DNA of 64,000 nt, taken from positions 64,001 through 128,000 of IMG/VR virus record IMGVR_UViG_3300037470_000856. One strand, written 5' to 3'. The translations under genes were made by a program, and so were the position numbers. This document shows, one piece after another, positions 16,393 through 25,950 of the stretch. Every line of letters begins with the position of its first letter. The first letter of the stretch is position 1. This stretch comes from a virus. The notes under the pieces are model-generated. The model saw only the letters and a list, made by a program, of their open reading frames with translations, ran no database searches and was not told the origin of the DNA.

Positions 16393-18901
16393 GATCATCG
16401 AGCATGGGGTCGGGCTTGCGGAAATCTTGGACTGACCCCACCTCACCGCGACGCAGCAGTTTCTCCCGACGCCGGTGCTCCTCGTGACAGAACTTCCCGC
16501 TGTTCTGCTTGCTGTAGTCCACGAACTCCCGGCCACAGTGACGGTACGCGCACGTCTTCGTGCGACGTCGAAACTCGTCGGCCTCCATCATCTCGACGCG
16601 GCATTTGGGGCAGTGCTTCGGACGCCCTCCCGTCAAGGACACCTTGAAGTCTTGGCCGCAGCTTTCGTTCTGGCAGGTGAACACACGATGGTCTTTCCGA
16701 GGATGCCTCCTCCGCTGCGCCCTACGTCGTGCTCGAGTAGCACAGGATTCGCCACAGAACCGGTTGTTCGTCCGCGACGCGTGGAACTGGCGCGTGCACC
16801 CTTCGCACACCTTCACGATCTCCTTCTGTGGGCGCTCTGGCAAAGGCATCACTACCTCGACAGGCTCGCGGAACTCCTGCTCCTCGGCGAGGGCCCCGCG
16901 TCTGCACCACACCAAGACCCACTCGCAATTATCAGCCTTCACCGGCGACGGCATCGCGTACCGTATGCGTTCCGGTTGCCCGAGACCGAGTTCGATGCCG
17001 ATGGCGGCGGTGTCTTCCACGAGGTTGTACTTCACACCCCGGTAGATGAAATCGTCCACGTTCAGCACGAGCCAGCCCCCTGGCGCCAAGGTACGCACGG
17101 CACGCTCCACCACAACCTTCCAGAACCGCTCAAGCCATACCTCGTAGGTCCCATAGCGCGCGCTCGACTGCGTGTTCTCGTCGGCGTAGTGCTCCTGTTT
17201 CCAGTACGGAGGCGATGTGAGCACCATGTCAACGCCGGGGGGAGGCTCAAACTCTTCGGCAGCCACGCAGCTCAGCTCGACGCGCTTTTCAGATCCCGGC
17301 ACGTAACGATCCACCCACCGCGCGAGCTCGTGCAGCCCTTGGAACGATTTCGTGCTCGGCTCGCAGGCGATGTACCGTGCCTTGGCCGAGGAGGTGAGCG
17401 CCCCGAGCATGCGCCCTCCCCATCCCCCGCACGGGTCGAACACGGTGCCCCCCTCGGGGCAGTAACGGTCCACGAGGACCTTCGCCACCGAGGGTCGGAA
17501 GTTGTAGACGCCCGACAGCCGGTAGCGGAGCCCTCTGCGAACGCCGGCCGCGTTGGGGACTTGTCCACGCTCAAGCACCCCCTCAAGGACACGGCGCAGC
17601 TCTGTGTCGTCGTCGAACATGGCCTTCGGACTGACGCGGCTCCCCGCGTTGTGGGCGTCCCAGATGTGAGGCATGAACGCCTGGCAGCTAGACTGACCCA
17701 CCTGCCGCGCCTTGAGGGTGTCTCTTTGCAGGATGTGGCCGAGTTCAAGACGCGCGAGGGTAGACAAGTCCTCTGGCCGTGCGACGTGATAGGGGAACCC
17801 GGCACCTCTCCAGAAAGCGAGCAGATCATCAACTAGCTGATTGTCACCCTTCGCCCATGCCTTGCAGCGCTCGCGAAGTTCCTTCGGCAGCGATATCCTC
17901 TCGCTGGTCTGGATCTTCGGAAGCGGCCGCACTTCCTTCGGCCAGAATCGTTCCGGGAGCTTGTGCAGCATGTCGGGGGTGATATGCGGAGCGACTATCT
18001 CGAACAGGCGCCTTGCTGAGGCGGCTCGAATTTTGACCATCTTGCAGGTGGGATGGTGAGTAGTGACGTAGATCCTCAGGTTGAATCGCCTTCCCAGACC
18101 CTCCGCAATCTCCTGTGCTTGCTCTTCCGAAAAGTCCCCCACAGCGAAAGCCGGGATGCCGCCGTCCTCCAAGGTTCCATCATCGAAATACCAGAACGCC
18201 AAGGACCTCTCCGTCAGAGACTCGATGATCGAGGGCAGGAATACTTTCTCGCCGTTCGGATAGAGCAGCCGCCGCATCGCTTTAAGCCAGACGTGCTGGT
18301 CTGTGCGGAACCCGAAGCCGGCCCGTACCTCACCGGAGTCGTGCATCTGCTTCTCCTCGTAGAACATGGGGCGCGAAATCGGGGACAAAATGTCGTGGAC
18401 GTGCTTGAGGTAGGCGTGCGTGACCTTGAAAATCCCTCGCTCAAGCAGATGCCCGTCGCCCAGCATCGACCCGATGATGACCTCCTTCTGCTCTTCGGTG
18501 AGCTCAACGACCGACGTTGACCGCTCCGTCTTACTGATCGCCTCGATGCCCCACAGTTTCCGGAGCCGTTGGATCGCGGACTTTTTGACGCCGTAGTGCT
18601 TGGCGATTTGGCGCTCGCCCATACGGCTGTAGAGGTCCCGCAGGATGGCGGGCGTCACGTCGTCGAGAGACGGCCCAGCATGGCCCTCCTGCCGTTCCCT
18701 CCTCTGTCGCGGGGTGATGGGGCCGATGCCCCAACGCTTCCTCAAGCGCGCCACAGCAACGTCGCTGAACGCCGTCTCAAGGCCAAGGTCAGCGGCCACC
18801 TTCGCCGCGATCTGCGCGTCGGTCAGCAGATCCTCTTTGTAAAGGCGCCGCAGTTTCATCTCATCCAGGGCCTTGGAGAGCATCCCGTATTTGGTGGCCA
18901 T
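16385..18901 (-). CDS. HTH + LAGLIDADG homing endonuclease + amino-DNA methyltransferase + zinc-finger fusion
   Basis: IIGSMLGDG and LAFWYFDDG (LAGLIDADG_2); FDPCGGWGGR (motif I) and TSPPY (motif IV); C-terminal CxxC repeats. Confidence 0.85.
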   Translation of the reverse strand: MATKYGMLSKALDEMKLRRLYKEDLLTDAQIAAKVAADLGLETAFSDVAVARLRKRWGIGPITPRQRRERQEGHAGPSLDDVTPAILRDLYSRMGERQIAKHYGVKKSAIQRLRKLWGIEAISKTERSTSVVELTEEQKEVIIGSMLGDGHLLERGIFKVTHAYLKHVHDILSPISRPMFYEEKQMHDSGEVRAGFGFRTDQHVWLKAMRRLLYPNGEKVFLPSIIESLTERSLAFWYFDDGTLEDGGIPAFAVGDFSEEQAQEIAEGLGRRFNLRIYVTTHHPTCKMVKIRAASARRLFEIVAPHITPDMLHKLPERFWPKEVRPLPKIQTSERISLPKELRERCKAWAKGDNQLVDDLLAFWRGAGFPYHVARPEDLSTLARLELGHILQRDTLKARQVGQSSCQAFMPHIWDAHNAGSRVSPKAMFDDDTELRRVLEGVLERGQVPNAAGVRRGLRYRLSGVYNFRPSVAKVLVDRYCPEGGTVFDPCGGWGGRMLGALTSSAKARYIACEPSTKSFQGLHELARWVDRYVPGSEKRVELSCVAAEEFEPPPGVDMVLTSPPYWKQEHYADENTQSSARYGTYEVWLERFWKVVVERAVRTLAPGGWLVLNVDDFIYRGVKYNLVEDTAAIGIELGLGQPERIRYAMPSPVKADNCEWVLVWCRRGALAEEQEFREPVEVVMPLPERPQKEIVKVCEGCTRQFHASRTNNRFCGESCATRARRRAQRRRHPRKDHRVFTCQNESCGQDFKVSLTGGRPKHCPKCRVEMMEADEFRRRTKTCAYRHCGREFVDYSKQNSGKFCHEEHRRREKLLRRGEVGSVQDFRKPDPMLDDQP

Positions 18902-18968
18902 ACTCGGGATACTACCGAACCCATGCCCGAACGTCCAGACTAACGGATGAGTCCAACCGTAGACGTAG

Positions 18969-19000
18969 AAAAGGCCACTCCGGCGAACCGGAGCGACCTT
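18969..19000 (-). terminator. Rho-independent terminator after the major capsid gene
   Basis: Minus strand GGTCGCTCCGG-TTCG-CCGGAGTGGCC-TTTT. Confidence 0.8.
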
Positions 19001-19019
19001 CTCAGATCAGTCGCTATTC

Positions 19020-19895
19020 CTAGCGAGTGACCGTCAGGCGCGTCAACCCACGTGGGTTGTAGGCCCCAATGCCAAGGTTCTCGAACACACTGAAGCCAAT
19101 GGTTCTAGCCTTCGGATCGTCGGCAGACAGAACGGTCAGCTCCGTCCTGACCGGGATCCTCCCGAACATCTCGGGTTCGCAACACACGTACACGGTGCCC
19201 GCGGGCACGATGCGGCTCGTGATGACCTGGGAACCCCAGAGGGTGGCCTGGAGGCCGGTCTTGAGCAGTGTCGCCTGGCTCTCGATGTCCAGGATGTCCC
19301 GACCGAACTTGCGGATGTCGGCGTAGTCCCGAGCGTTCAGGTACACGCGCGCGACCCGGAGGTCGTGGCGCTCGATGAGCGCGAAGGCATCGGCCAGCAC
19401 CGCACCGGAGATCGGAGCGACCACCGGGATGTCGGGGTTGGTTCCACCGGGGATCGAGTCGAACCCGTTGGTGGCGATGGCATCCAGAACGGCGAACACT
19501 CGCTCGTCCTCGGCGGCCTGGATCTGCGCTCGCGCGAGGTTCTGGGCACGCTCGATGAGGTCGAAGCGGCGCTCCTTGATCTGGGTGAGGGGAATCTCCG
19601 GGTTCGAGGCGATCTCGAACAGCGGGAAGATCACGCGACGCGGCTTGGTGACCGCGATGATGTTCTCGCCCTCTTCGCCGACCACGAACGCGGTGACGTC
19701 GGGGTCTTTGTCGTAGATGGGCAGAGCACCGTCGGGGAGTTGCTCGACCAGGAAGGTCTTGCGTCCCACCGAGGTGTAGTCTCGCCGAGTACGGAGAGGC
19801 TGCGTCAGCGACGCGGCCAGCTTGGCACGACCCGCGGGGGTCTTGATGTACTCGGAGATGAGTCTTTGCTTCACAGCGTTGGAAACACCGGTCAT
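19020..19895 (-). CDS. Major capsid protein (HK97-like fold)
   Basis: 291 aa, start MTGVSNAVK with AAGGAG RBS; QPLRTRRDY..VGRKTFLVEQLPDGALPIYDKD. Last gene of the protease-scaffold operon, followed by a terminator. Confidence 0.85.
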   Translation of the reverse strand: MTGVSNAVKQRLISEYIKTPAGRAKLAASLTQPLRTRRDYTSVGRKTFLVEQLPDGALPIYDKDPDVTAFVVGEEGENIIAVTKPRRVIFPLFEIASNPEIPLTQIKERRFDLIERAQNLARAQIQAAEDERVFAVLDAIATNGFDSIPGGTNPDIPVVAPISGAVLADAFALIERHDLRVARVYLNARDYADIRKFGRDILDIESQATLLKTGLQATLWGSQVITSRIVPAGTVYVCCEPEMFGRIPVRTELTVLSADDPKARTIGFSVFENLGIGAYNPRGLTRLTVTR

Positions 19896-19911
19896 TGTCT
19901 CTTCTCCTTTC

Positions 19912-20571
19912 CTAGACGCGCTGGTCGTAGACCAACTCGAACTGCTCCGAGTCGGGCGGCATCTTGAGGATGCCCAGCAGGGTGGAGGCCGCCGCACCGT
20001 TTGCGACCTGGGACGTGATCGTCGCGATGTCGAGGGACACCGCGGCGCCGGTTTGGGTGGTGACACGCATCATCAGGTAGCCGTTGCGCGAAGCGACGAG
20101 TTCCTGACCGGCCGTGTAGATGAGGTCGTCGCCCGCGGCGAGCGGAGCGGCGGCGGCCAACGCCTGCGTCTCGAAGAGTTGGTTCCCGTAGGTTCCCTGG
20201 GCGGACACGTAGGTGTTTTTGCCCGAGGCGGGTCCCGGCTGGTTCTCGAACGCGTTCCCGACAGCCGTGTTCACGAACACGCCGAGAGGCTGGATGAGGA
20301 TGTTGTCGGGGGCGCCCGGCTCGACCGGACCTCCGATGAAGTTCGACCCTTGGTCGGGTCGGGTGAAGGCGACGCTGCCGCTCAGGACACCGAGCACTCC
20401 GGTGTTGGTCTGAGTGGAAATCGTGCCTGCGGTGGTGACGATGGGCGGGTTGGTCTGAGTGAAGCCATCCGCCGTCAGAACGCCGGTGGCGTTCCTGATC
20501 CCTACGTGCAAAAGACGCAGGGCAGCGGAGCTCTCGGTCCACCCACCACTCGCCTGTCCAAGCATCGGCAT
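19912..20571 (-). CDS. Putative capsid decoration/cement protein
   Basis: 219 aa, Gly/Ala/Thr-rich, directly upstream of the capsid gene; positional inference. Confidence 0.55.
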   Translation of the reverse strand: MPMLGQASGGWTESSAALRLLHVGIRNATGVLTADGFTQTNPPIVTTAGTISTQTNTGVLGVLSGSVAFTRPDQGSNFIGGPVEPGAPDNILIQPLGVFVNTAVGNAFENQPGPASGKNTYVSAQGTYGNQLFETQALAAAAPLAAGDDLIYTAGQELVASRNGYLMMRVTTQTGAAVSLDIATITSQVANGAAASTLLGILKMPPDSEQFELVYDQRV

Positions 20572-20699
20572 TTGCTGTTGCTCCTTGTTTACTGGCTGAG
20601 TGAGGTGGGGTTCGTGTCGGCGGACCTGGGAATCAGAGTCACTTCACGCTACCGGCCCGAACCATTCACATATAGGCGCCCTGGATAGGGGCTTTACCG

Positions 20700-20742
20700 A
20701 GGTCGAAGGGGCTTATAGGGAAACTAAAAACCCCTTCGACCT
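20700..20742. repeat. 12-bp inverted repeat with AT-rich loop (hairpin)
   Basis: aggtcgaagggg ... ccccttcgacct, downstream of the scaffold stop. Confidence 0.65.
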
Positions 20743-20757
20743 GGAGGGGCCGTTCGA

Positions 20758-22218
20758 CTAGCGCGAGCGGGGGAGTCCGAAGACCTCGGCGACGTCGGGA
20801 GCGGTGTCCCAGATCTTGCCGAGCTCGGCGATCTCATCGTGGGCAGCCTTGGGCATGCCCGCGACGTTGCCAAGCGACTTGGCGCCGGCGGAGGCGGCCT
20901 TGGGCTGCGGGCGCAGCTTGGGGGCGCCGGCCTTCTTGCCGCCCTTCTTCTCGTCGGAGCCGAAGTCGAAGTCGTCCTTCTCGGCCTTCTCGTCGGTGCC
21001 GGCGTCGGCGTCCTCGGGCTCCTCCTTGGACTCCTCCTCCATCTCCTCTTCCTCGCCGCCCTTCTTGGCGGTCTTCGGGAGGTCGAGGTCGGCGTAGAGC
21101 GCGAGCAACTCGTCGTCGGCGGAGGCTTCCTTGTCGGACTCCATGAGGCCCATCGGGTCGGTGCCCGCGGTGATCTCGATGTCGTTCTCGGTCGGGTCGC
21201 CCTCGCCGGCCTTCTTCTCCGAGCCGTTGCTCTGTGCGACGACGGGGGTGTGTGCGGCGGGATCGGGGTTGACGTTGCCGCCCTCGCCCGACTGGATATC
21301 CGCGCCCTTGGCGAGGGGATCCCGGTTGTCCTCGGCCTTCTTGCCGGCCATGACGGACATCTCCTCGTCCATCTCCTCGAGCATGGCGCGGAGCATAGCC
21401 TCTTCCTCCTCTTCCTCCTCTTCCTCCTCCATGGCGCCCTTCTCGCCGGAGTAGCTGTAGTCGGCCTTGTTCTGGTCGACGCCGTCGCCGTCCATGTCCT
21501 CGGCCATGAGGTAGGCCATGAGTTCCTTGTCGCTCATGCCCTCGTCCTCGTCGTCGTCGGCGCCAAAGAAGTGGCCCATCGCCTTGACGATGCGGCCAAG
21601 CGCGCCATCGATCTTGTCGAGGCGGGCGGTCATCTCGTGAGCGGCCTTCTTGCCGCCCTCGTCGAAGAGTTTGGTGCCCTCCGACTCCTCGCCCTTCTCG
21701 AAGTCCTTCTCGAAGTCCTTGTCGTCGTCAGCATCCTCGCCGGCGAGGACGGAGAAGGTCTCCATCGCCGCCTTGAGTTTGGCGTCGTCGAGGTCCATGA
21801 GCCGCACGGCGCGGTCCTCGACCGCGCTGACCAAGGCGTTGGGCAGCATGGCCGACGCGAGGCGGACGCACAGTGCGGCGCGCTGCTCGGCGAGCTGCTT
21901 GAGGGATGCCTGCTTGCCGCCACCCTCCGCCATCGCCTGCTCGGGCTTCTTCTGGAATTCCGAAGTGGCGGGATGGTCGAGTTTCTCCGTCGTCAGGTTG
22001 CCGGGCATCGCCGGAGACGGAGACTCGGGCTCCATCGGCTTGTGGAGGTCTTCCGCCCACGAGATAGTGTCGCCGTTCTCGTACTTGTCGGCGTCGGGAT
22101 CAGGGTAATAGGCTGGGGACGCAGGGCCTTCGGTGCGGTCCACCGCAGGCATCTGCGGAGGCGGCGAAGCCTTCTTGCCCTGCTCGGCCAGTTTTCGGGT
22201 GAGTCGTTGACGTGCCAT
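20758..22218 (-). CDS. Putative prohead scaffolding/core protein
   Basis: 486 aa, very acidic and low-complexity, between protease and capsid genes; many K-x-A motifs. Confidence 0.7.
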   Translation of the reverse strand: MARQRLTRKLAEQGKKASPPPQMPAVDRTEGPASPAYYPDPDADKYENGDTISWAEDLHKPMEPESPSPAMPGNLTTEKLDHPATSEFQKKPEQAMAEGGGKQASLKQLAEQRAALCVRLASAMLPNALVSAVEDRAVRLMDLDDAKLKAAMETFSVLAGEDADDDKDFEKDFEKGEESEGTKLFDEGGKKAAHEMTARLDKIDGALGRIVKAMGHFFGADDDEDEGMSDKELMAYLMAEDMDGDGVDQNKADYSYSGEKGAMEEEEEEEEEEAMLRAMLEEMDEEMSVMAGKKAEDNRDPLAKGADIQSGEGGNVNPDPAAHTPVVAQSNGSEKKAGEGDPTENDIEITAGTDPMGLMESDKEASADDELLALYADLDLPKTAKKGGEEEEMEEESKEEPEDADAGTDEKAEKDDFDFGSDEKKGGKKAGAPKLRPQPKAASAGAKSLGNVAGMPKAAHDEIAELGKIWDTAPDVAEVFGLPRSR

Positions 22219-22245
22219 CGTGGTTTCTCCTCTTGGTGTGCCTGG

Positions 22246-25200
22246 CTAGAACCGGGTCTGCTTTCGCAGCGAAAGGATTCGCCCAAGACGCACCAAGGTC
22301 TTGGCTTCTCCCGTTTGTGGTTTGCGACCGAGCACCTCGGCACAGCGCGCGAGGTACTTATCGAGGGACGGATGCCCGTCGGTAGACCCGACCCGGAGAG
22401 CGGTCCTGTAGAGATCCCTCGAAACTTGGAAGTCGTGGGTCTGCTTGAGCCGGGCGATCCCGTCGATCAACTCCACGTCGGACCGGGCGATGCAAAGCAG
22501 CGCCTCGGTCCCGGCGGCCAGCTTGGCCATGGCCGCCTGGTGGTTGATGTTCTCGTTGGTGGAGGTCTCGAGTTCGGCGGGCGAGGGCTCGTCCTTGTCG
22601 CCCTCGTCGCCCTGCATCTTGTCGCGGAGCTTCTTCTTGATCTTGTCGAGGACGTACTTCTCGACCGCGTCCTCGAGATCCTTCATCGGGTCCGCGTCCT
22701 CGCCCCCGCCCGGGTCGCCTGGCATCCCGGGCATGCCGCCTCCGGCGTCGTCTCCGGCGTCGTCTCCGGGAGGAGCGGTGAGCTGCGCGAGGCGAGCGTG
22801 CGCGAGGCGGGCCTGGCGACGCTCCTCGGCGAGCTCGGCCGCGGTCTTGGATCCCTCGAAGCTGACGGTCATGTCGCGCGCGGCCTTGGCCATCTCGTCC
22901 TCGCTGGCCGTCCACTGGCGCGGGGGCTCCGAGAGGAGGCGCTGCATCTGGCTGCGTGTGTCGAGGTTGATACTGTCGGGCTGCAGGATGTTGCGCATCA
23001 CGGCGCCCTGGAACGCCGGGACGTCGACCCAGGATGCCTCGATGAAGGTAACGCCACCCGTGGGGTCGAGCGTCTCGTGGCCGCACAACTCGGCGACCCG
23101 AAATTTGTTGCCAAGCTGGTCGTACTCGTACTGGCCCTTGCCATACTTGACGTGCTCGCAGTTGTGAACGGCAAGGCCCTCGACCACATATGAATGATCG
23201 CCCTCGACCCCGAAGTTGTGGACCGGACCAGAGTAGGGCTCGCAGGAGACGCCCCGAACGCGGTAAATGAGCCAGTTACCGACGCGCTTGAACCCATCGG
23301 TCACGGCCGACATCGTGACACGGGCTGTCTCCCGGTCAGAGAACCTGACCTCATCACCGAACCCTTGAGGATCGGAGACCACAAGACCGAACGAGGGGAG
23401 CCACCCACGGTGGTCGCGTACGGTAACGGAACCGTCACCGTTCACCACTTGGTCGAGGGTCGCGCTGCGACCTCCAAAGGTGACCTTCTTGTACGAGTAC
23501 AAGCCGCACCGCGCGGCTAAGATGTGCATCTGGTTCAACAGGTTGAGTGATGTAGTGGAGCCAACGATACCGACGTCCGCCTGCGTTGCATCACCGCCGA
23601 GCCACCCGAACAGGACGTGCTTCTGCACCTCAGGACTCCATCGGAGAATTGAGGGATCAAGACGTTTTTCGTGCGAATACTCGCCGCAGTACCGGAAAAA
23701 GAACTCGGCGACCTGGGCATCCATGAAACGGACATCCACGGACCCGCTGTCCTCTGTGCTGCCGGAATTCCGGTTCCGATGCACCCGGACCGACCTGTCT
23801 GCGCTCCCCACCCACTGCCGGTTGCAAACCTTGCACTGGTAACAGTCATCGGCCCCTTTCTTGAACCGGACGTTGTACGCGTACTCCGAGGGAGCCCGGC
23901 ACCCCGGGCACATGACGTCAGAGGAGACCGACCGGCTCGTGCTACGTCGATGGACCGGAGTCACGCTGTCGCGGGCGACCAAGGTGCGCCAGTTTTCCGA
24001 CGAAACCCGTCGCTCGTCGCGGCCGAACTCCTCGTTCAGGAGCTTCTCCACCTCAGCCGCGAGAGTGTCATGCTCGTGGTGGCCGAATGTGAAACTGACC
24101 CCGACCCTCTCACTGTCCCGCTTGATGAAGGATCCCTCGGCCAGGAAATAGCCAATAAGCCGCGCCCTGTTGACGGTAGCGTCGTCTGTGTTCTCCGTCT
24201 CCTGCGGGATGGGGAAAGCGAGATAGTCCCCAGCCCTGAGGTCTCTAGCCGCGACGAATTCCAAGTCCACGTCGAACAGGCGTTTATAATCCCCCATCTC
24301 CACGACGTTCACGGCATAGGGATTCGGGTTTTGCAGCCGCGTGTTGTGGCCTGGGAGGAACCGGCGCCGGAACGCCTTCACCGAACCGCGCTCGTGCTCC
24401 ACCGTACGCCGAAGCGGAGCTCCACAGCCGCACGCGCAGATCTGTGCGGGTCGGAGCGTCCAGTACGGATGGTTGGGGGTGGAGCGCAATCCAACTGGGA
24501 CCCCGTCGACGTCGAGCGAGATGAGATGCCCCTCGTACGGACGGCGCATTGTCTCTGTGACGGCGCCCGTCAAACCTGTGTGGGTAACGACGGCATCTCC
24601 CTCGACAATCTCCTCGATCGGCACGTACCGTCCGTCCGCCAGGAGCACACGGGTGCCGGGAGGGAAACACATCTCGGTCTCGTCCGCAGCCACGTTCCCG
24701 CACTTCGTGCAGATCGTCTCCGTGACGCTGCAGCCCATGCTCATCGTGCCCATGCGGCCCGACTCGATGTCGCGGATCAGGCTCGCGTGGCGACGGCTCG
24801 TGGCGATGAGGATGTCGACGTAGACCGAGTCGCCGATGTCGCGGGCGGCGGCGTCGATGATGCGGCCCTTGGACTGGTCCTCGATCTGGACGTGCTCCAC
24901 GAAGTTGTGGGCGCCGACGAAGGTGCGGTAGCTCTTGAGCAGCACCGGGCGGTCCCACGCGTCGTGGTTGTTGTTGATGTAGATGTCGCACTTCGGGAGG
25001 ATGTGGTAGTTCGCCCACCGCCGATTCACCCGACGTCCCATCTCGCTGACGTTGCCGAGTTTGACGTTCGACACCTCGGAGGTGTCCACCGACGCCACGA
25101 TGGTCGCGTGCGTCAGGAGATACTTCTCCGGGGAGAACTGGTCCTGGAGGATCTCCGACGCCTGCGCCACGAGGTTCGGCGAGCTCGAGGCGGTGCGGAC

Positions 25201-25293
25201 GCGGCCCCTGGCACGCTGCACGAAGTTCCCCCAGTAGTCGATCGACCACGAGGGCTGTGTCACGTCCGCGCGGGCGTACTTGAGGAAGGCCAT
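22246..25293 (-). CDS. Prohead maturation protease, intein-containing
   Basis: Extein motifs HNFVEH, MSMGC and TFIEASWVDVPAF resemble HK97/assemblin-type proteases; position in the head operon. Confidence 0.75.
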   Translation of the reverse strand: MAFLKYARADVTQPSWSIDYWGNFVQRARGRVRTASSSPNLVAQASEILQDQFSPEKYLLTHATIVASVDTSEVSNVKLGNVSEMGRRVNRRWANYHILPKCDIYINNNHDAWDRPVLLKSYRTFVGAHNFVEHVQIEDQSKGRIIDAAARDIGDSVYVDILIATSRRHASLIRDIESGRMGTMSMGCSVTETICTKCGNVAADETEMCFPPGTRVLLADGRYVPIEEIVEGDAVVTHTGLTGAVTETMRRPYEGHLISLDVDGVPVGLRSTPNHPYWTLRPAQICACGCGAPLRRTVEHERGSVKAFRRRFLPGHNTRLQNPNPYAVNVVEMGDYKRLFDVDLEFVAARDLRAGDYLAFPIPQETENTDDATVNRARLIGYFLAEGSFIKRDSERVGVSFTFGHHEHDTLAAEVEKLLNEEFGRDERRVSSENWRTLVARDSVTPVHRRSTSRSVSSDVMCPGCRAPSEYAYNVRFKKGADDCYQCKVCNRQWVGSADRSVRVHRNRNSGSTEDSGSVDVRFMDAQVAEFFFRYCGEYSHEKRLDPSILRWSPEVQKHVLFGWLGGDATQADVGIVGSTTSLNLLNQMHILAARCGLYSYKKVTFGGRSATLDQVVNGDGSVTVRDHRGWLPSFGLVVSDPQGFGDEVRFSDRETARVTMSAVTDGFKRVGNWLIYRVRGVSCEPYSGPVHNFGVEGDHSYVVEGLAVHNCEHVKYGKGQYEYDQLGNKFRVAELCGHETLDPTGGVTFIEASWVDVPAFQGAVMRNILQPDSINLDTRSQMQRLLSEPPRQWTASEDEMAKAARDMTVSFEGSKTAAELAEERRQARLAHARLAQLTAPPGDDAGDDAGGGMPGMPGDPGGGEDADPMKDLEDAVEKYVLDKIKKKLRDKMQGDEGDKDEPSPAELETSTNENINHQAAMAKLAAGTEALLCIARSDVELIDGIARLKQTHDFQVSRDLYRTALRVGSTDGHPSLDKYLARCAEVLGRKPQTGEAKTLVRLGRILSLRKQTRF
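23161..24669 (-). mobile_element. Intein with LAGLIDADG endonuclease in the prohead protease (503 aa)
   Basis: Begins CFPPGTRV, has STPNHP block B and LIGYFLAEG / LFGWLGGD, ends AVHN followed by Cys. Confidence 0.95.
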
Positions 25294-25294
25294 C

Positions 25295-25945
25295 TCAGCA
25301 GGCTCCTTCCGCGGGCGCGCAGTGGTCGTCGAGGATGTCCGAGGCCCGGATCATGAACAGGCACCGCGGACACGCGTGGAGTTTGACCATCTGGCCGTCC
25401 TCCATCTTGTAGGAGGCGCGACGCAGGGTGCCGCCGCACGCCTTGGCGGGGCAGCCGTAGCTCCCGCTCGCGTGCTCGTTCCGGCTCACGCGGTACTTTC
25501 GGTCGCGCGCGTGCCAGTAGAGCGACTTCTTCACGAAGGCCTGAGCGACGCGCTGCGTCATCACGCTGCGGCTGGCGGCCTGCTTGCCCCCGACGCCGTC
25601 GGGGCCGACCTCGTGGACGAGCTCGACCTGGGGGACCTTGCGCTCGATCGTGTTCGTCGCGGGAGCGCCCACGGCCACGTCGCCGGAGATCCCCGCGCCG
25701 CCGGGCACGTCCTCGTGCATCGGGGAGATGAAGGGGTTGTCGCCCGGGTTGACAATCTGGAGGGACTCGACGGGGATGCGGTACGATGTGTGCGGGAACT
25801 GGACGTCGCACATGCCGATCCCGGGCCACGTCGCGACGACGCGCCCGATGTCGGTCGCCCCGCCGTTCACGAGCCGGACGGAGTGCCCGACCTCGAACTC
25901 CTGGCCTCGGGCCTGCCAGTTCCCCTCGTCTGCGCGTCGTTCCAT
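25295..25945 (-). CDS. Hypothetical head-region protein (SH3-like + zinc ribbon)
   Basis: Start MERRADEG; FEVGHSVR...; CPAKAC...CPRC. Confidence 0.7.
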   Translation of the reverse strand: MERRADEGNWQARGQEFEVGHSVRLVNGGATDIGRVVATWPGIGMCDVQFPHTSYRIPVESLQIVNPGDNPFISPMHEDVPGGAGISGDVAVGAPATNTIERKVPQVELVHEVGPDGVGGKQAASRSVMTQRVAQAFVKKSLYWHARDRKYRVSRNEHASGSYGCPAKACGGTLRRASYKMEDGQMVKLHACPRCLFMIRASDILDDHCAPAEGAC

Positions 25946-25950
25946 AGTCC

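Noticed and set aside
19896-20066. N-terminal extension of the capsid ORF
   Set aside because: It overlaps the upstream gene; a strong RBS precedes ATG at 19895.
20712-20730. Sixth late-promoter copy upstream of the decoration and capsid genes
   Set aside because: TTTTTAGTTTCCCTATAAG has different spacing from the consensus and lies in a hairpin loop; not supportable.
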